The notes under the pieces are model-generated. The model did no database searches. It worked only from the letters and a program-made list of their open reading frames with translations, and was not told the DNA's origin. 64,000 nucleotides of DNA from Bispira polyomma (lineage: Eukaryota), in contig OZ287748.1 in assembly GCA_965649765.1 (NCBI GenBank), forward strand, positions 34,658,001 through 34,722,000, given 5' to 3'. Both the position numbers and the translations under genes were made by a program. How positions within the stretch are numbered: position 1 is the stretch's first letter; the number at the start of each line of letters is the position of its first letter. Shown one piece after another: positions 13,823-27,663 of this stretch.

Positions 13823-14985
13823 GGGGCCACTGCCACAGTGCAGTGGCTAACACAAAACCTGTAAATAAAATATATTCTAGGGTTGTATATAATTTGGCAT
13901 TCTCTGATTTTAAACTGTTTAACTATGTATGTTTAAATTCTGATGTATGTGCAAAGCAAAGTGTCCAAAGATCTTATCGGGACATGCTAAAACAGGGCAC
14001 TGGTGGTGCTGTTGGAAATTTTAGCAAAAAACCTGAGTCGGGCGAAATTGGGAAATACTTGAAATCAGGGCCCAGCCTGCCAAGGTCCTGTCAAAAACCT
14101 ATTCCCGAGGCAAATGTGGTAAACATGCTATTAATAAGTCATTGTTCCCTACAAAACGTGGGAACAGAAACAAAGTCAAACCTGTTGTCAACAAACCATT
14201 GTTTTGGTTCAGTTCAACTGTTAAAAACCATGTTAAAAACAGTGAATGTGTCAAACCATAACCATGTTTCCACTGTCAACCCAATTAAATTGAGTGGTAT
14301 CGGGTGTAACAATGGACCGGGGGGGGGGGGGGGGCGTCTTCCCCATTTTCAAACCAATTCATTTGGGCAGTGTTAAACATAACAATGAACCCAGTAGTTT
14401 TAGGTGGGCCCTTCACAATATGTTTGCTTGTTTGGACAGGCAGTGTGCAGAAACAATTAATGAGAGTGACACTCAACTTAACAGAGCGAATCAGTACTGT
14501 GACCCGACTTTGCCACAACAAAGGCAACCAACTTCCAAATTATTACAATGTGATGACAAGTATGCTTTGGACCTCGTTAGAGGGCCTGACAAAAGACAGC
14601 GTTTGAATGAGGCTAAGGACTGTGTGCCATACAAGTTGTGGGACATTTAAAAGAGTGGTAAATATGGGTTTATTCCAATTAGCAACTGGGGTGACCCTGT
14701 AGTTGAGTACTCAAGTGACAAGTTACCAATGGACGTGTTTACTTTACACAGGCATCTTAGGTCGGATAGATTTCACAACTATAGGGGCCTACAAATACCT
14801 GTCAATACACAACTCAATGCCCAAGTGTGGGCCAAGTATCTGAAAAACTATTGTGATTGGGAACTCCCCTTATTGGTAAAATTCGGGTTTCCTCTAGATT
14901 GTGACAATTTCCACCAAAGATAATGTTCTCATGCAGGAGCTGGTGTACAGTGACTGAAGATCACTTTTTGCTTAATAACTATATA
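13813..14985 (+). pseudogene. pol N-terminal region, RT core deleted
   Basis: Frame KKLRGHCHSAV..., then CDDKYALDL, YGFIP and GLQIPV..WELPLLVKFGFPLDCD, fused to the RNase H tail. Confidence 0.8.
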
Positions 14986-15031
14986 TATGCATTTCTATGT
15001 CTCCTTTACCTGGTAGTACTTTGTGTTACAG

Positions 15032-15871
15032 ACAAAAATCCATCGCAACAGTTGCTATATAGAAATGCAACCAAGAAGCTCCACCTGGCCTTTTGCAGAT
15101 CCACTGACAGATCATATACAGCTATGTATAAGGTGTACTTGGCTTATGCTATATTCTTGGATCTGCCCATTGATCAGGTGACAGTTATTGATCTTTTTGC
15201 ATTTTTAGAATTGTTGCAACATAACGCAGTAAAAGCTGCCCATATGGCAAATCATTTATCTGCCATTAAGGCTAAGTGCATTGTCCATAATGTACCAATA
15301 TATGCCTTCAGTGACCCACATGTTGCCTATTATCAAACAGCTGTGCAATTAGCTGCCCCATCCATGTAAAACATAAATGTAAAAGAAGATTATAGACATT
15401 CCACTTTTGACCAGTATCGTGAATACTTCACATAAGAATAAAGCTGTCCTCCTTATCAAATGGTCAAAAACGATGCAAAGCAACAACCAGATTAAGTTAA
15501 TTACAATCCCATGTCTACTGGGCTCCCCTCTTTGCCCAGTAAGGTCACTGGAGGACATTTTGGCTATTACCCCTTCTGAACGTAATACCCCTCTGTTTCA
15601 GTTTAAAGACAATGCAAAGTGGGTGCCTCTTACCGACACTCGGGTTCGTCGGCATTTTAAAAATGTACTTGCCAGGCTGCAACTAAAAGATTTACCCTAC
15701 ACACCTTCTGACGTTCAGGTGCAATGTTTGCTTTTCAGCATAATGTTAGTATTCAAAATATTCAAAATCATGGCACCTAGACGTCGGATTGCATGTGGCG
15801 GTACTCGTGGATGCTGGTGATCAGGTGGCTAATACATTCAGACAACATCTCTCTGCTACTTCCCCTTCCTA
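15032..15871 (+). pseudogene. Tyrosine recombinase, deleted and frameshifted
   Basis: Highly similar to 46203-47194 (LHLAFCRSTDRSY, KWSKT, LCPV, DTRVRRHF); the FLRLSNL block is missing. Confidence 0.88.
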
Positions 15872-16169
15872 AACTCCTTGCTGGGTTTGGGTGTATGTAG
15901 TCAACCTTAGTTTATATCTAATTTAAATCATTAAGTAATATCGTTGATTCATTGTACTGAGATGGTAATAATGTACAGTGTACATTACAACTATCACTTT
16001 AACTTAGCATTATTTGCATGTTACAACTATTACTTTAACTGATCTTGTTAACTTTCTCTTAACTTAAAGTAGTTAACTTTGCAGTCGGTAGCAGTATTTA
16101 AGTGCAAATGCCAAACTTTACCTCTCTCAGTTCAAAAAATTAAGGTCACTTTATTCTGGTAAATAGCCT

Positions 16170-17290
16170 ACGGGACACCATTGAATTTTTTGAGGAAAGT
16201 TCGAAACAAGTTGAGATCTTTGTGAAGCTTGGTGCTAATTTTAAATTTTTTGCCTTTGTAGTTACTTCTAAGGAGCTGAAGCATCCGATTTAAGAAGAAT
16301 CTTGAATATTTCACAGACTTTGAAACATATAGCAATGAACCCAATAAGCACTGGAGTTCCCTTTTTGTGCAATACCTTTTTGCAGACAACTTTTCACACA
16401 TATTTTGAATGGTGGATAATTTCTCTTCCAGGATTGAAGTAGTAAACTGAAGTAGACCAGCTTTTTCTCACTCAAAGTCAGACCTAGTTCAGCCAACAGG
16501 GCTTGTAATCGGTGATAAGTTCGGTATACTTTTGAAAGAATCGAGTAACATAAAAGATTGTCCATGTAGTTCATGATACAATGACCTTCACCTTGCATAA
16601 TATATCTCACCCCATCCAAAATGCGCTGGAATATTGCCGAGCCATGCTTATAGCCAAAGGAGACGAACCATCCACGTAATAACCATCCCAGTAAAGCCCT
16701 AGCAAGTTCAGTTCTTTGGGATCTATAGGCACGTGTCAAAACGTGCGACTTATATCTGCTTAGTGAACCCCTACCCATAGCAAGTACCTGAGTGGTGATT
16801 GTATCAAAAGGTGGATATGTTAGCAAGAACTCTTTGTCTAGATACAAATTTGGAAACACGGCAGAATTCACTGAATGTCCTTCCGGCCAACTGAGATCTA
16901 TAATGACACAACGGTTAATAGAACTAGACTTGTCTCGGGTCATGAAAAGGGAGGTATGCAAATTAAAAATTGGTGGCACCTCAAAGGGCCAATACATAGC
17001 CCCCAATCTACATTATTCTTCCAAATAATGACTAACATTGTAAGGATACTGATTTGCAGAGGAGTGATTTTTAAGGTCAGACTTAAAGTCGCCATGTTCA
17101 GTGCAATCAAGGAGGAAACCAAATTTTATCAATAAGGGAAGTTCCCAGTCCCAATAGTCTCTCAGGTACTCAACCCACACTGTGAATTTTAATTGAGAAG
17201 TGACTGGGATTTGTAGTCCCCTATAATTAGGGCGAACATCCATTTGCAATTGTTTGTGAAGTGCAAATACATTAACAGGACTTTGTTCAT
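16170..17290 (-). mobile_element. Inverted reverse-transcriptase fragment of another family A copy
   Basis: YWDWELPLLIKFGF, FMTRDKSSSINRCVIIDLSWP, FGYKHGSAIFQR, YMDN and RELQCLLGSLLYVSK on the minus strand. Confidence 0.9.
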
Positions 17291-18009
17291 GAAAACTGTC
17301 TGAAACTTACATTGTTACTTTTAAATATTAGGAGTTCACTGAACCTATAACTTTGCCCAAGTAATATGACTGTATTGACGATCTATTTACTGAGACTCCT
17401 AAGATATTTAGCTGCTCACAAGGGAGACAGTGATGGGGGGATAATGTTTGACACTTTGACATTTCTGTTTTAGATCCATATGATGTGTACTCCCTTTGTT
17501 TTTTTTTTCTTTTTGGATGATGTTACAGGAAATAATTGGGTTACCAGGGTTGGAGTGAGCCCCACTTTGCTGCTCCCTCAGAAAACATACTAGGACCCAT
17601 TACCGGCCAGGTACCTACTTGTACACCTGGGTACAGAGGGACAACTTCGTGTAAAGCACCTTGTTCAAGAGTACAATCTCGAGGCCTGAAGTATTCTGTA
17701 GTGTTGTGTTATGTTTGTTGGTGAAAATACAAAATTTAAAGTCTAAACGTATTGATGTCTGATGAAACACATTGATATAGATAACTTTTCTGTTTTTGTA
17801 AGAAATATGTTCCAGTAAATATCCAATATAGTGTTCAGTTCATCATACACATCAAATAATAGTGCAAGACAGATGGGAGGCAAGAGTGCACTGCAAAGCA
17901 TTACCTGTTCCATTATCAAGACTGATTGTGGAGAGGGGCCGATTGTATTATCTTGGCCACTATGGAGGCATTTTTAACATTTTGCATAAATTTAAATGCA
18001 AAGATTACG

Positions 18010-19443
18010 AAGCAACACCCTAGTGATGGTGGTTTTAGTTCTAGGGGGAACCGGGGGCCGCGGTGGCCTAGTGGTTAGCAAGCATTGCACTTCATAATCA
18101 CTAGTCTCTCACCTCTGGGTGGCGTGAGTTCGAATCCTGTCGATGCCTATGCGGGAAAGGTGGTAGTTCCTTACTGTGGGTCGCTGGTTTCAGTGCAGAA
18201 CCTTGATCAACTGTATGCAGTGTTTCCTCCAGCGTTTTCAACTACCCGTCCCAATATAACCTAAACAGGTACTAGAGTGGACGTTAAATATCCAAATTCA
18301 AAAAAATTCTAGGGGGAACCAGTCTACTCTTCGTCACGGTCATTAGCCAGTACTATAAAAGCAGTTGAAATTTGAACTGCTCTCCCTTTCAAACCTCAGC
18401 ACAGAAGAAACAACTTCATTCACCCTCCCTCCACCCATTCACCTTCCCTGTAGCTAATGCTTGTGGTATAGTTTCAGATGTTACTGAGTCTACCATATTG
18501 GAGCAGCAGTGATCCCTTAAGCAAGTCCTGTGTGTGCCTCTGGCTCCAGGCTCGTTTGTATTATCACTGTGTCTCCACTGCGTCCTGATTGGGTGTAAGA
18601 CGAGAAGTATTGTTTCCATCTAGGCCTTGTGACGAACTTTAAAACAAATGAATCCAGACTTCAGTGCTGTGGTTTTGCCCCGCCTGGGATCTCTGCTGCT
18701 GTACTAATAGATGTTACCGATTGTGTTTTATTTAAAGTTGTTGTTCCTCCATCTATATAATGTAGATAAGGGGTCGTATTGCTCGACCAAGAAAGACTGG
18801 GGAAAATGAGCTAGAGTGGGGAACAAGCAAAAGTGACTTTCAAGATGGCCGTCATATTTATCTATCGGGTTGGTTACCCTCAAACCACGAACTGTTGGTG
18901 TAGTACACGTTTAGAATGTGTTCGAATACCACCTAACCGTTTATAGTGCTAAAGGTCTCCTGCCAGCCAGCTGAATGTGCCACAAAACCGTTCATTGATG
19001 TGTCAACTAATGAACTTTATCTCAAATTGACAATTTAATGTCTTTTTTAACAAAATATGTACCATGCAATACAATTTACATGTCTTGTTTTACTCATTGG
19101 TGGTCTGAGACATCTATGTCTCAGCTGCATCACTAAAATGGTTTTGAACAACATCAAATAGTAAACGTCAAAACTAAATCACCTAGGTTAGGGTAACCTT
19201 AAACTTAGGTTCAAAAACTCTCACCTTAGTTATAGTCACCTTACCATGGTAACCTCAAACGTTTTCCAAATTCCTATCTTAATTTATGGTTACCTTAAAG
19301 TAAATTATATATGGTTACCTTATGCCCCCTTAAACTGAATTGTACATAGTAAATGTTAGCTTTTAAATAAACAATGTACCGCAATTTTCTTACTGTGTTC
19401 ATTCAAACTTAAGATCATGACTTAACTGGCCACCAAGGAACTG
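18010..19443 (+). mobile_element. Short non-autonomous A-spacer-B unit of a Ngaro-like element, with a SINE inserted
   Basis: TACTATAAAAG...AACAACTTCA, then CACCCTCC...AGTTTCAG as at 31118-31234; GGTNACC array 19180-19330; AATAAA..ACCGCAAT..CAAACTT; terminus GGAACTG. The left boundary is uncertain. Confidence 0.7.
18053..18306 (+). mobile_element. tRNA-derived SINE, same family as 13535
   Basis: A box TGGCCTAGTGG, B box GTTCGAATC and A tail; perfect 14-bp TSD TTCTAGGGGGAACC at 18039-18052 and 18307-18320. Confidence 0.95.
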
Positions 19444-20992
19444 TGAAAAGAAAGCCAAAACGATAAATCTTAACCTTACAAGGATAAGTCTTAACCTTAA
19501 AAGAAACCTTAATCCTACCACAACTCATAAAGATAAGTCTGCCAGCCTTCCCGATTGGCGACTCCTACTGCTGTTTAAGATGAAATTTACAAAAAAAATT
19601 TTGTTTTTCCTGTGATTTTGGTTCTTGTAGTAGCTGATTCAGGAAAAAAGTTGTTAAATGAAAAGTAGAAGTCTTTTCATCAAAAGATAAGTCGTTGGAG
19701 CAAAAGGTAGGTCCTTAGTAGATTAGGAGTGACCCGAGTGACCATAAATTATCGGCCTATCATCACCCACTTACAGAGGTTATTAAACATGTTTAAAAAC
19801 CTCGCCCAAGGACCCTGGTTGTCCCAAATACCAAAGATAAGTCTTACGACTTCACTGACCTCCTTGATTATATCTCAGAGTACCAGAATATGCCTCAAGC
19901 ACATAATCGTAGTGGATGGGGCTATGATCGGTAGTGTAGAATATAGGTATAAGACACTGTAGGTACTTTTAGCTACTATTGGCAACTCTATTTTTACTGT
20001 AGAACCTGTCCTATTATAGTGTCTATAATTTAATAACTTTAATATATAAAATATTTTGATTTATTTAATTTGAGAACTTCTTTGTAGTTTCCAATAATAC
20101 AACAAAAAAACTTCTGACAATCCCATTTGTTTTCAATATAAGGTTTTAAGTTGCTTGCAAGCATCGTCAAAATGGAAACAAGCTTAAGCGATACACACAA
20201 ACAGAAAGCATTGGGGTCATGAATATTATTAACTGTTAACCCTTTTCATAAGGTGTTAGGGTTCATTTTAACCCATCTGCCATTATATTAACACAATTTC
20301 AGAAGGATACAAAAATTAACATGCAGATCTTGCAATGCAAAAACTTTATTAATTTTATTTGCTTTTGTTGCTGAACCAGCACTAAAACCAAGAAATGTAA
20401 ATCCGTGGGTATAAATTAATTAAAAAGTAAAGACTAGGAAAACTTATTCTATTTCATATCTATTCAGTGTATGAATGAAATGATTTGTAAAGTAAGACCA
20501 CTATTTTTGATATAGATAATATGTCAGATCATATGTCGATTGTACCAATAACCATTGTGGTGTCTTATAATTTGCTTTCCGGGATAGAGAAGCAAGAGTT
20601 TATCAAAGTTGTGCAATCCTATTAGTCCAATGTAGTATAAGAATAGCTATATGTGATTTTCTTTAGCAATAGCTTTTTGCAGCTGTAGACTCTTTTATCA
20701 AAGCATTGTAGCCTTGTGGCAAGCTTTAAAGATGGCTTTTACAATTATTTCTTCTTTAGAGTAAAAAAGTACAAGTAGGTGGTTTTGGAGAACATCCTTT
20801 GATAAGGGTTTTAGTGGAAAGGATGATAACGTTTATGTAAAAAAGTCACTTCAAATCTCATATTCTTAAAATTTTGTCTTTATGTAAATTAGTACAAAAT
20901 TTAACGCAGCCATTTATCTATTATGCAAATGGTATAATACATGACTAAATCATTGGTTTGTTAATCTTTAATGAATAATTTCTCCAAATAAA

Positions 20993-20996
<4 letters not shown>

Positions 20997-21040
<44 letters not shown>
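20997..21040. repeat. (AT)n microsatellite
   Basis: About 22 perfect AT units. Confidence 0.98.
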
Positions 21041-21045
<5 letters not shown>

Positions 21046-24000
21046 AAAAATTGTCAGTACTAATAATCCTAACTTTATGACAAGTATACATAGAGCAAGT
21101 TTGACGCAAGAAGAAAAGAAACTGCCTTTTTTATCGATTATTCAATAACATCAATGAAGCCAAAAAGTGGAACAAAAGTGAGATTCAAACAAGATAAGGT
21201 AGACCTTTATCATAGTTTGGACATCAGTCCTTGTGAGCAACATTGCAGAATTAAGGAGCTAGAATTGATAAGGTCTACAGATCCAGATAGAGATTGTAAG
21301 ATTGCACTGAACGTGAAGGAAGTAGTTTAAGGATTTATTTTTTCACATGCTAGTATTTAATGTACAAGATTGATAAACGTTAAAATTACAGAAAGTTTGC
21401 AGAAAGAAACACAAATAAAAAGGGCTAGCCATAGAGTAATAAAATGACACTATTGTTAAGGGATTTATTTATCCATTGAAGCAAATCAGCCAAGAGACAT
21501 TTTTTTACTCAATCTAGTTTTTATTGTAACATTTAGGTTTTGTATGTTGTCTAGTATTTGAAAATGAAAATAAATATAGTCAAGCTAAAATTAAAATAAA
21601 TTAAATATTTGATTCTGAAGAAGGAAAAGTGTCTGTACAATGCTTTGGTGTGATCATCTTACTCTTCCTCATTGAAAACTACGAAAAAGGTTACTTTTAA
21701 GGCCATTCGTACAAGATAGATTGCAATTTTGTTTCAAATCACACAGTTACTCAGTTCTGGTGGAGGTTATGCCATATTATGTATAGTATTAACAATCAAA
21801 GGAAAAGTAGAGGTTAATATGCTTAAGTTATAAAAACTTGAGTTTTCTTCTAATTAAGTGGGCCAGTCTTTGCTTATAGGCAGCAATTTTTGCCCTGCCA
21901 ATTTATGCGTTGTGGTGTAAAAGAAAAAAAAACTGTATCCACGTGACATCGTCAGATTTGTCAATCTGTTATATCTGAAGGATAATTTCATTTCAGCCAT
22001 CAGTTTCCTTTGAATAATAATAAAAGGAGTAGTAAATATGGGGTTAATAGGGAGAATTCACCAAGGAGACAGTGATTTGCATTGAGATGGTGGGCTGAGT
22101 AGGTTACCCACTGGGAGATGCTGTATTTTGGGTGCTGCAGATAATCAAGAGTCAAGGCCTGTGGGAGGACAGGACAATATTTATAAAATTATTTCATGAG
22201 GTGCACAAAATGCCATAGTTTGTCAGTTTTTCAAGATGGGAATATATACCATCTTGTTAATACCTATAGTGTTTAACAAGCGTATATAACTTGAATAGTA
22301 AATTGCAAGCACTGTTATTTGACACTGATTATTTACAAAACAATGTAATCTAGTCGTACTTTTATAGCGCATAATCTTCGTACAACAAATTCTAAGGTGC
22401 AAAACCACCTGGGTGCTGCAGATAATCAAGAGTCAATTGCATTTTGTTGTGTAACCACAACAACCAGTGACTTTTGTTCTATTATAAGACTTACTATACT
22501 ATTTCGTGCATAATTAATTACTTTTCTGCAAACCAAAGCATGATCAATGAAATTTTATAGTACACCTCTGGACAATAAACCTGTCACTTCCTCTTTAGTT
22601 TCTACACAATAGGTCTCAATTCACAATTCACAATAGGTCGCTATTCCATCATTTTGGGTTAAGCATTGTTTTTACAACTGTGCATTAGTGACAACTAGTT
22701 TATTGTTGTCAGAAACCTAAACAGAATAGTAGTAGGTCAATATTTTTGAATTGCAAACAAATGGCCTTTACCCTGTACACTACCAACTTTACCTTATACA
22801 TTCTGTGTCTGAGATTCACACCCCCGATAGCGCAGGTGAAAGCTCAGCCTCACCTTTGTAAACCAAAAATGCTGCTGAGATCAATGTCTTACAATTTTAG
22901 ACTTGTCACATGACATATCCATATATATTTGATGGACATGATCTAGGAACAGCTCTGTGGTTTTACACAAAGTCGTATTCTAAATATTTGCAAGCTTTAT
23001 ATCGATGTAAAGAAAGCTATTTTGCTAATTTGAAAGCTATTTTGCTAATTAGTTTTCAAAGCTAATTTGTTTTCTTTCTTTATTGTAGTTTTTGCGTATA
23101 AATATTCTTCTTTCTTTTTATGTACATAGTAAATTGAAAAAAAATAGGTCATGTTCACTTACTAGTATGAAAGAATATAAATGTTTTGTTAATGTGTAAA
23201 ATTGTTATGGTTCATGTTTTTGTAACCATGTGCATCAGCTACCCTTCGAGGTGCAGTTTTTTGTAAAGTCCATGTAGGAAGGTTGCAACCTCTGCCCTCT
23301 GCACAGAGTGTCTGAAAAAAGTGTTTAAATAGTTGAAACCCAATACATAGAACCTAATACATGGAAAATACCATTAATGATCAATATGTACGTTGTACTG
23401 AAATCTGTGCTAATAAATTTTAGTTTTAGGTTGTCACAAGGAATAAGCTACCCAGACTTATACAACCTTCATTCAAGCTAGTGTAATCACCCATTATCTC
23501 AGCTTAACTTGTGGTAACCTTAAACTAAATTTAGGATTTTTTTGAAAGTCAAGCTGACAATTCACTTCATGTTTTGTGATTAATGTGTCGTCTCTGTCGC
23601 ACTGCAGTAAAGTTAAGGTTCACTCTTTTTTGTAGAAGTAAATGTCTGTAGTTAGGTGCAGGTCTTGTATGGTAGAAGCACCAACACAAAAATATGATGT
23701 AGTTAATAGCCAGGAAATGTATAACAAATGTTACTGTGCCCTCATTCAGTGTTTCATTAACAATCCATCTCTCACAATTAATGGAATGGCTTCACAGAAA
23801 CTGATAAGAGGAAGTATGCAATATAAATATAAATGTTTCAGTGATATGGTTGTGTTAATAACTATACTGTCATAGTTTGTAGTTGATTTGCCCTGTGTTT
23901 GTAACTAAAACTTAATCAAATAAAAATAAAAAACTCCATTATTGTCCTGCTATGTATTAAACATTTCATGTTTTTGTAACAAAAATGAATACAATATTTG

Positions 24001-27000
24001 CTTATTTGTGACACAGAACGTTGTAAATTAATAGCAATATTACAACATAGATTTAGTTTTCATATAAGTTTGTTGTCAGAGTAGATTTAGGCTATCGGGC
24101 TCTTAATGGAAGCGAGGAAGCCACCATGATAGAGTAGACAGTGCAAGGTTTTTGTCTGCCACAGTATCCACCACTGAAGTAATTAAATGTGTACTGATAT
24201 GGATAAGGCAGATGCTATGGATGAGATAGAGACTACACATCTATCTGGGGTATCTGGTGTTTTACCAAATGTCGAAAAAATGTCCGACAAGTCGACTGCA
24301 GAGTCAAAACAAAAACACATTTTTCCACAAAAATAAAATTCTTTGGTTTGTAAATACACAAATTATAGACCTAATATTGGGGAATATATGGAATATAAAT
24401 GTAGATAAGGGGATAAAGTTGATCACATATAAAAAATATATTATAAAGTTAGAACAATTAAAGGTTTGATAAAAGTATATTTAGCAACTGTCTCTAAACT
24501 GGAGGCTACAAACATCATCATGAATTGTTAATTCTTGCGAATCAAGGTACATTTTTGTTTTAAAAATCAAATTTAAAGTCATCACTAACTAGTCTTATGG
24601 TGGCATTTTTGCATTGGTGAATTAGCTATATTTAAGATTATTGTTTTATAGGAACAAAAGTAATGGTAAAATATTATGAAACTGAACCACAGTTTAAATT
24701 GGAAAAATATTTTGTTTCAAAATTCCTTCGTAAATTGTGAATTTTTCTATTTTCATTGGAATTTAAAAACCATCAGTAATTAGCTCTGGGGTATCTATGA
24801 TGTAATAGACGACAATGTAACAGAGAGAAAGTGAACTTTTTATGGATAAGTTTTTATCAAAGATGATTAGTGTAGTGTAGAGTTACGGTCTGAGAAGGCA
24901 CTGCTGTAAAGAAATAGCAAAAACTGCAATATGTGACACAGTATAACTTTCAGTCCTGCTAATTGTAACATCGGCGCCTATGACCTTTGAGTGGAAGCAA
25001 TGACCTTGAGAAAGACAAGTATTTGGGATATATATTATGTTAATCTATCTCTAAACAAAAATATATAAAAACTGGTTAAATTTTTAAATGTAAAATAAGG
25101 CCACCTTAATGAGGTTAGGGTTACCCTAGCCTAAGGAAACCATAAGTGTTACTTTAAGTAGACCGATATCAAGGTAATTTTAAAGCTCAATTAAGTAAAA
25201 TTGAACTAAATGTGAGGTAACCTTACGTGTTTACGTTTAATCTGGCATTAGCCTTACACTTACATTGATATAGTTGAGGTTACCATATATTTGAAACTAT
25301 CAGGTGGCCTTAAATAAATTAGAAGATTGTAAAATATAGAGTGTAAAATATATAGTAAATGAGAGAGAATAACCACTAAGGCCCAGGACTTACAGAAATA
25401 GGAAAAAACAACAATATGTGACAGTATAACTTTCAGTTGCGCTATTTGTAACATAAAACTCGAGCTCAAGAAAATGAAAATATGAACTGAATAGATGCCA
25501 AACGTTTCATATTTGATATGAAAACAAACATTGCAGATTAACATTTCATCTAAATTTAAATCATCTTTAAAGTAAACACACCAAATTACAGTTATAGACA
25601 TTATTTTTCTGCAAAATGTCTGTAGTGTGTGAACAAAATTGCACATTATTGTGTATCTATTTATGAACACATTTGATATATTTTTTTCACATAGATATCA
25701 AAATTGTGTTGTGTCTGTTTTCGATTTCTATTTAAGTATAAGAAAATTCAATTGATACACAATAATAAAATGAATGTGTGGACAACTTGACATTATCGAT
25801 TTTCTCACTCTTAAAATATACTTTTGTTGCAACCAGTAAAGCTTTTTGAATGATAATAAGACAAGTTAATATGGGGTTAATAAGGGGAATTCACCAAAGA
25901 GACAGTGATTTGCATTGGCATGATGGGCTGAGTAGATTACCCACTGGGAGAGGATACTGTATTTTGTGTGCTGCAGATAATGAGTCAAGGCTGGTCGTAG
26001 GACAATATATGAGGATATTTATTCTCCATGAGATGTACAGAATTTGTCAGTTTTCTTGGATAAAAAAAATAGAAAATGTCTGTAAATTTTTAACAAGAGT
26101 ATCAAACTAGGTTGGTTAATTGTAAATACCTAATTAGCAGTAGTCATACAATAAACATTTATTATATGTCAATATAATATTCTATATTATTGCCATGCTT
26201 TTTGAGAAAGAAATTTTGTCCAGCTATAAGTGTTAAAATTGACAATCAAAAACACCAGAGACAAAAACCTTACAAAACGATTCTTAAAAGGTACATAAAT
26301 TGCTGCTAATCACACACCATGGCATCATATCCACAGTTTTTGTTATGTTCACGCTTCCTATTTAGTCCTCAGTATTTGTAATTTATGTATGTTCTGAAGT
26401 AATATCGTGAACAATCGTTTTCTCCGGAAATTAATCTTAAAGATTTGTTTTTCTATTGGAAAAAAGTATTCCACAGTGAAGTCCCTGTAGAATAAAGCAG
26501 TTTTCCGTGCTGTAATCTTTTTACTATACAAAGGGACACTAATTCTAAATGAAGGCCACTGCGTGGGTCATATTGCAAACCTATAGTGGCTGCACAATAT
26601 GCAGTTAATTGTTTATCTTGATATCCACAGTCCACAGGGAAATGAGAATAATACCTCCCAGATCGGGTGTTATGGTTTAACTACAGTAGATCTGCCATTA
26701 AATAGGGCATTTATCCACCATTGCTAAATAACGTGATCACATTGCAGAGTCTGAGTAAATATTCTTACCTTACAGCATTTTGTGTTCCAAAAATTTACTA
26801 CAAACATATGTCTATATATAAAGATAGTGTATTTGTCTGCTACTGGTGAATACATTTATGACATTGCAGCACCAACAAATGTCTGGATATAAAAAAATCT
26901 ACAACCAGAGAAATTATTTTACTTCTTACTTCTAGAAATTACACTTGTTCTAAATTTTTCTTGATAAATGAGTCGATAAATGGATAAGTCAAGCAAGCCT

Positions 27001-27410
27001 CAATGCCCACAGTGGCGGCCCATGAGGAAACACATTTAAAAGGATGCTTGCACTTCATTCATTCATTCATAACTAACAAAATTTAAGGCGATGACTCAGC
27101 CTAAAGTGGTACGACATTGATTGCGCCATAACAAATGTTGTACTTCATTCATTCATTCATAACTAACAAAATTTAAATAATGTAACGTTCTGAGCAAAAT
27201 TGTATATATATATCATCAATTTCTAGAAAAGGAAAGAGTAAACCAAATATAAATTTATTTGATATCAAACATATTTACAGTGATCAAACATATTTACATT
27301 GCTGTTAAACCAGCAATGCTGGGGCTGTCTGAGAATCAAAAAATTACATCTAACAACATATCTACTAACTTAAATATCAATAACCCAAAAATACTAGAAA
27401 ATAAATAAAT

Positions 27411-27560
27411 TAGTAGGCAGCGCCCCGGCGCTGGCGTTTTCAGTTCAGAGTACCAGTCTGAAGCAGCTAATTAACCTCGTTGCGGCTTACTATAAAAGAC
27501 GGAGCATTTTAAATTCTCCCGCCTTTCTTATTTTCATTTACTAGGAACAACTTCAAAACA
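27411..27560 (+). repeat. Split direct repeat A1 (GC hairpin and TATA box)
   Basis: Repeated at 31039-31189 with a few substitutions and indels; contains TATAAAAG. Confidence 0.95.
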
Positions 27561-27663
27561 ATAGGCTTGGCGGTTGGCGGTTGAAATTTGAATTTTTGTT
27601 GATGCGCTTGGATATTTTACTTTTTTTAGTGTTTTAATTTTACATTGTATTTCCATGTTCACA

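Larger units (their letters stand above)
12545..16175 (+). mobile_element. Ngaro-like YR retrotransposon, family A; RT core deleted, SINE inserted, 3' end truncated
   Basis: 5' end and gag closely match 42646 onward; deletion junction near 14906 jumps from PLDCD to the RNase H end; YR is internally deleted; tail breaks at CCTACGGG. Confidence 0.92.

Noticed and set aside
17755-17775. Hammerhead ribozyme core (CTGATGA)
   Set aside because: No stem II between CTGATGA and GAAA, and no flanking helices.
18053-18145. tRNA gene (also at 13535)
   Set aside because: The A/B boxes continue into a shared body, A tail and TSD, so these are SINE heads.
27052-27176. 35-bp direct repeats as the TSD of a mini-element (similar 27-bp duplicate at 22129/22410)
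   Set aside because: The enclosed sequence is ordinary background also found at 32860 and 49240; a local duplication is simpler.
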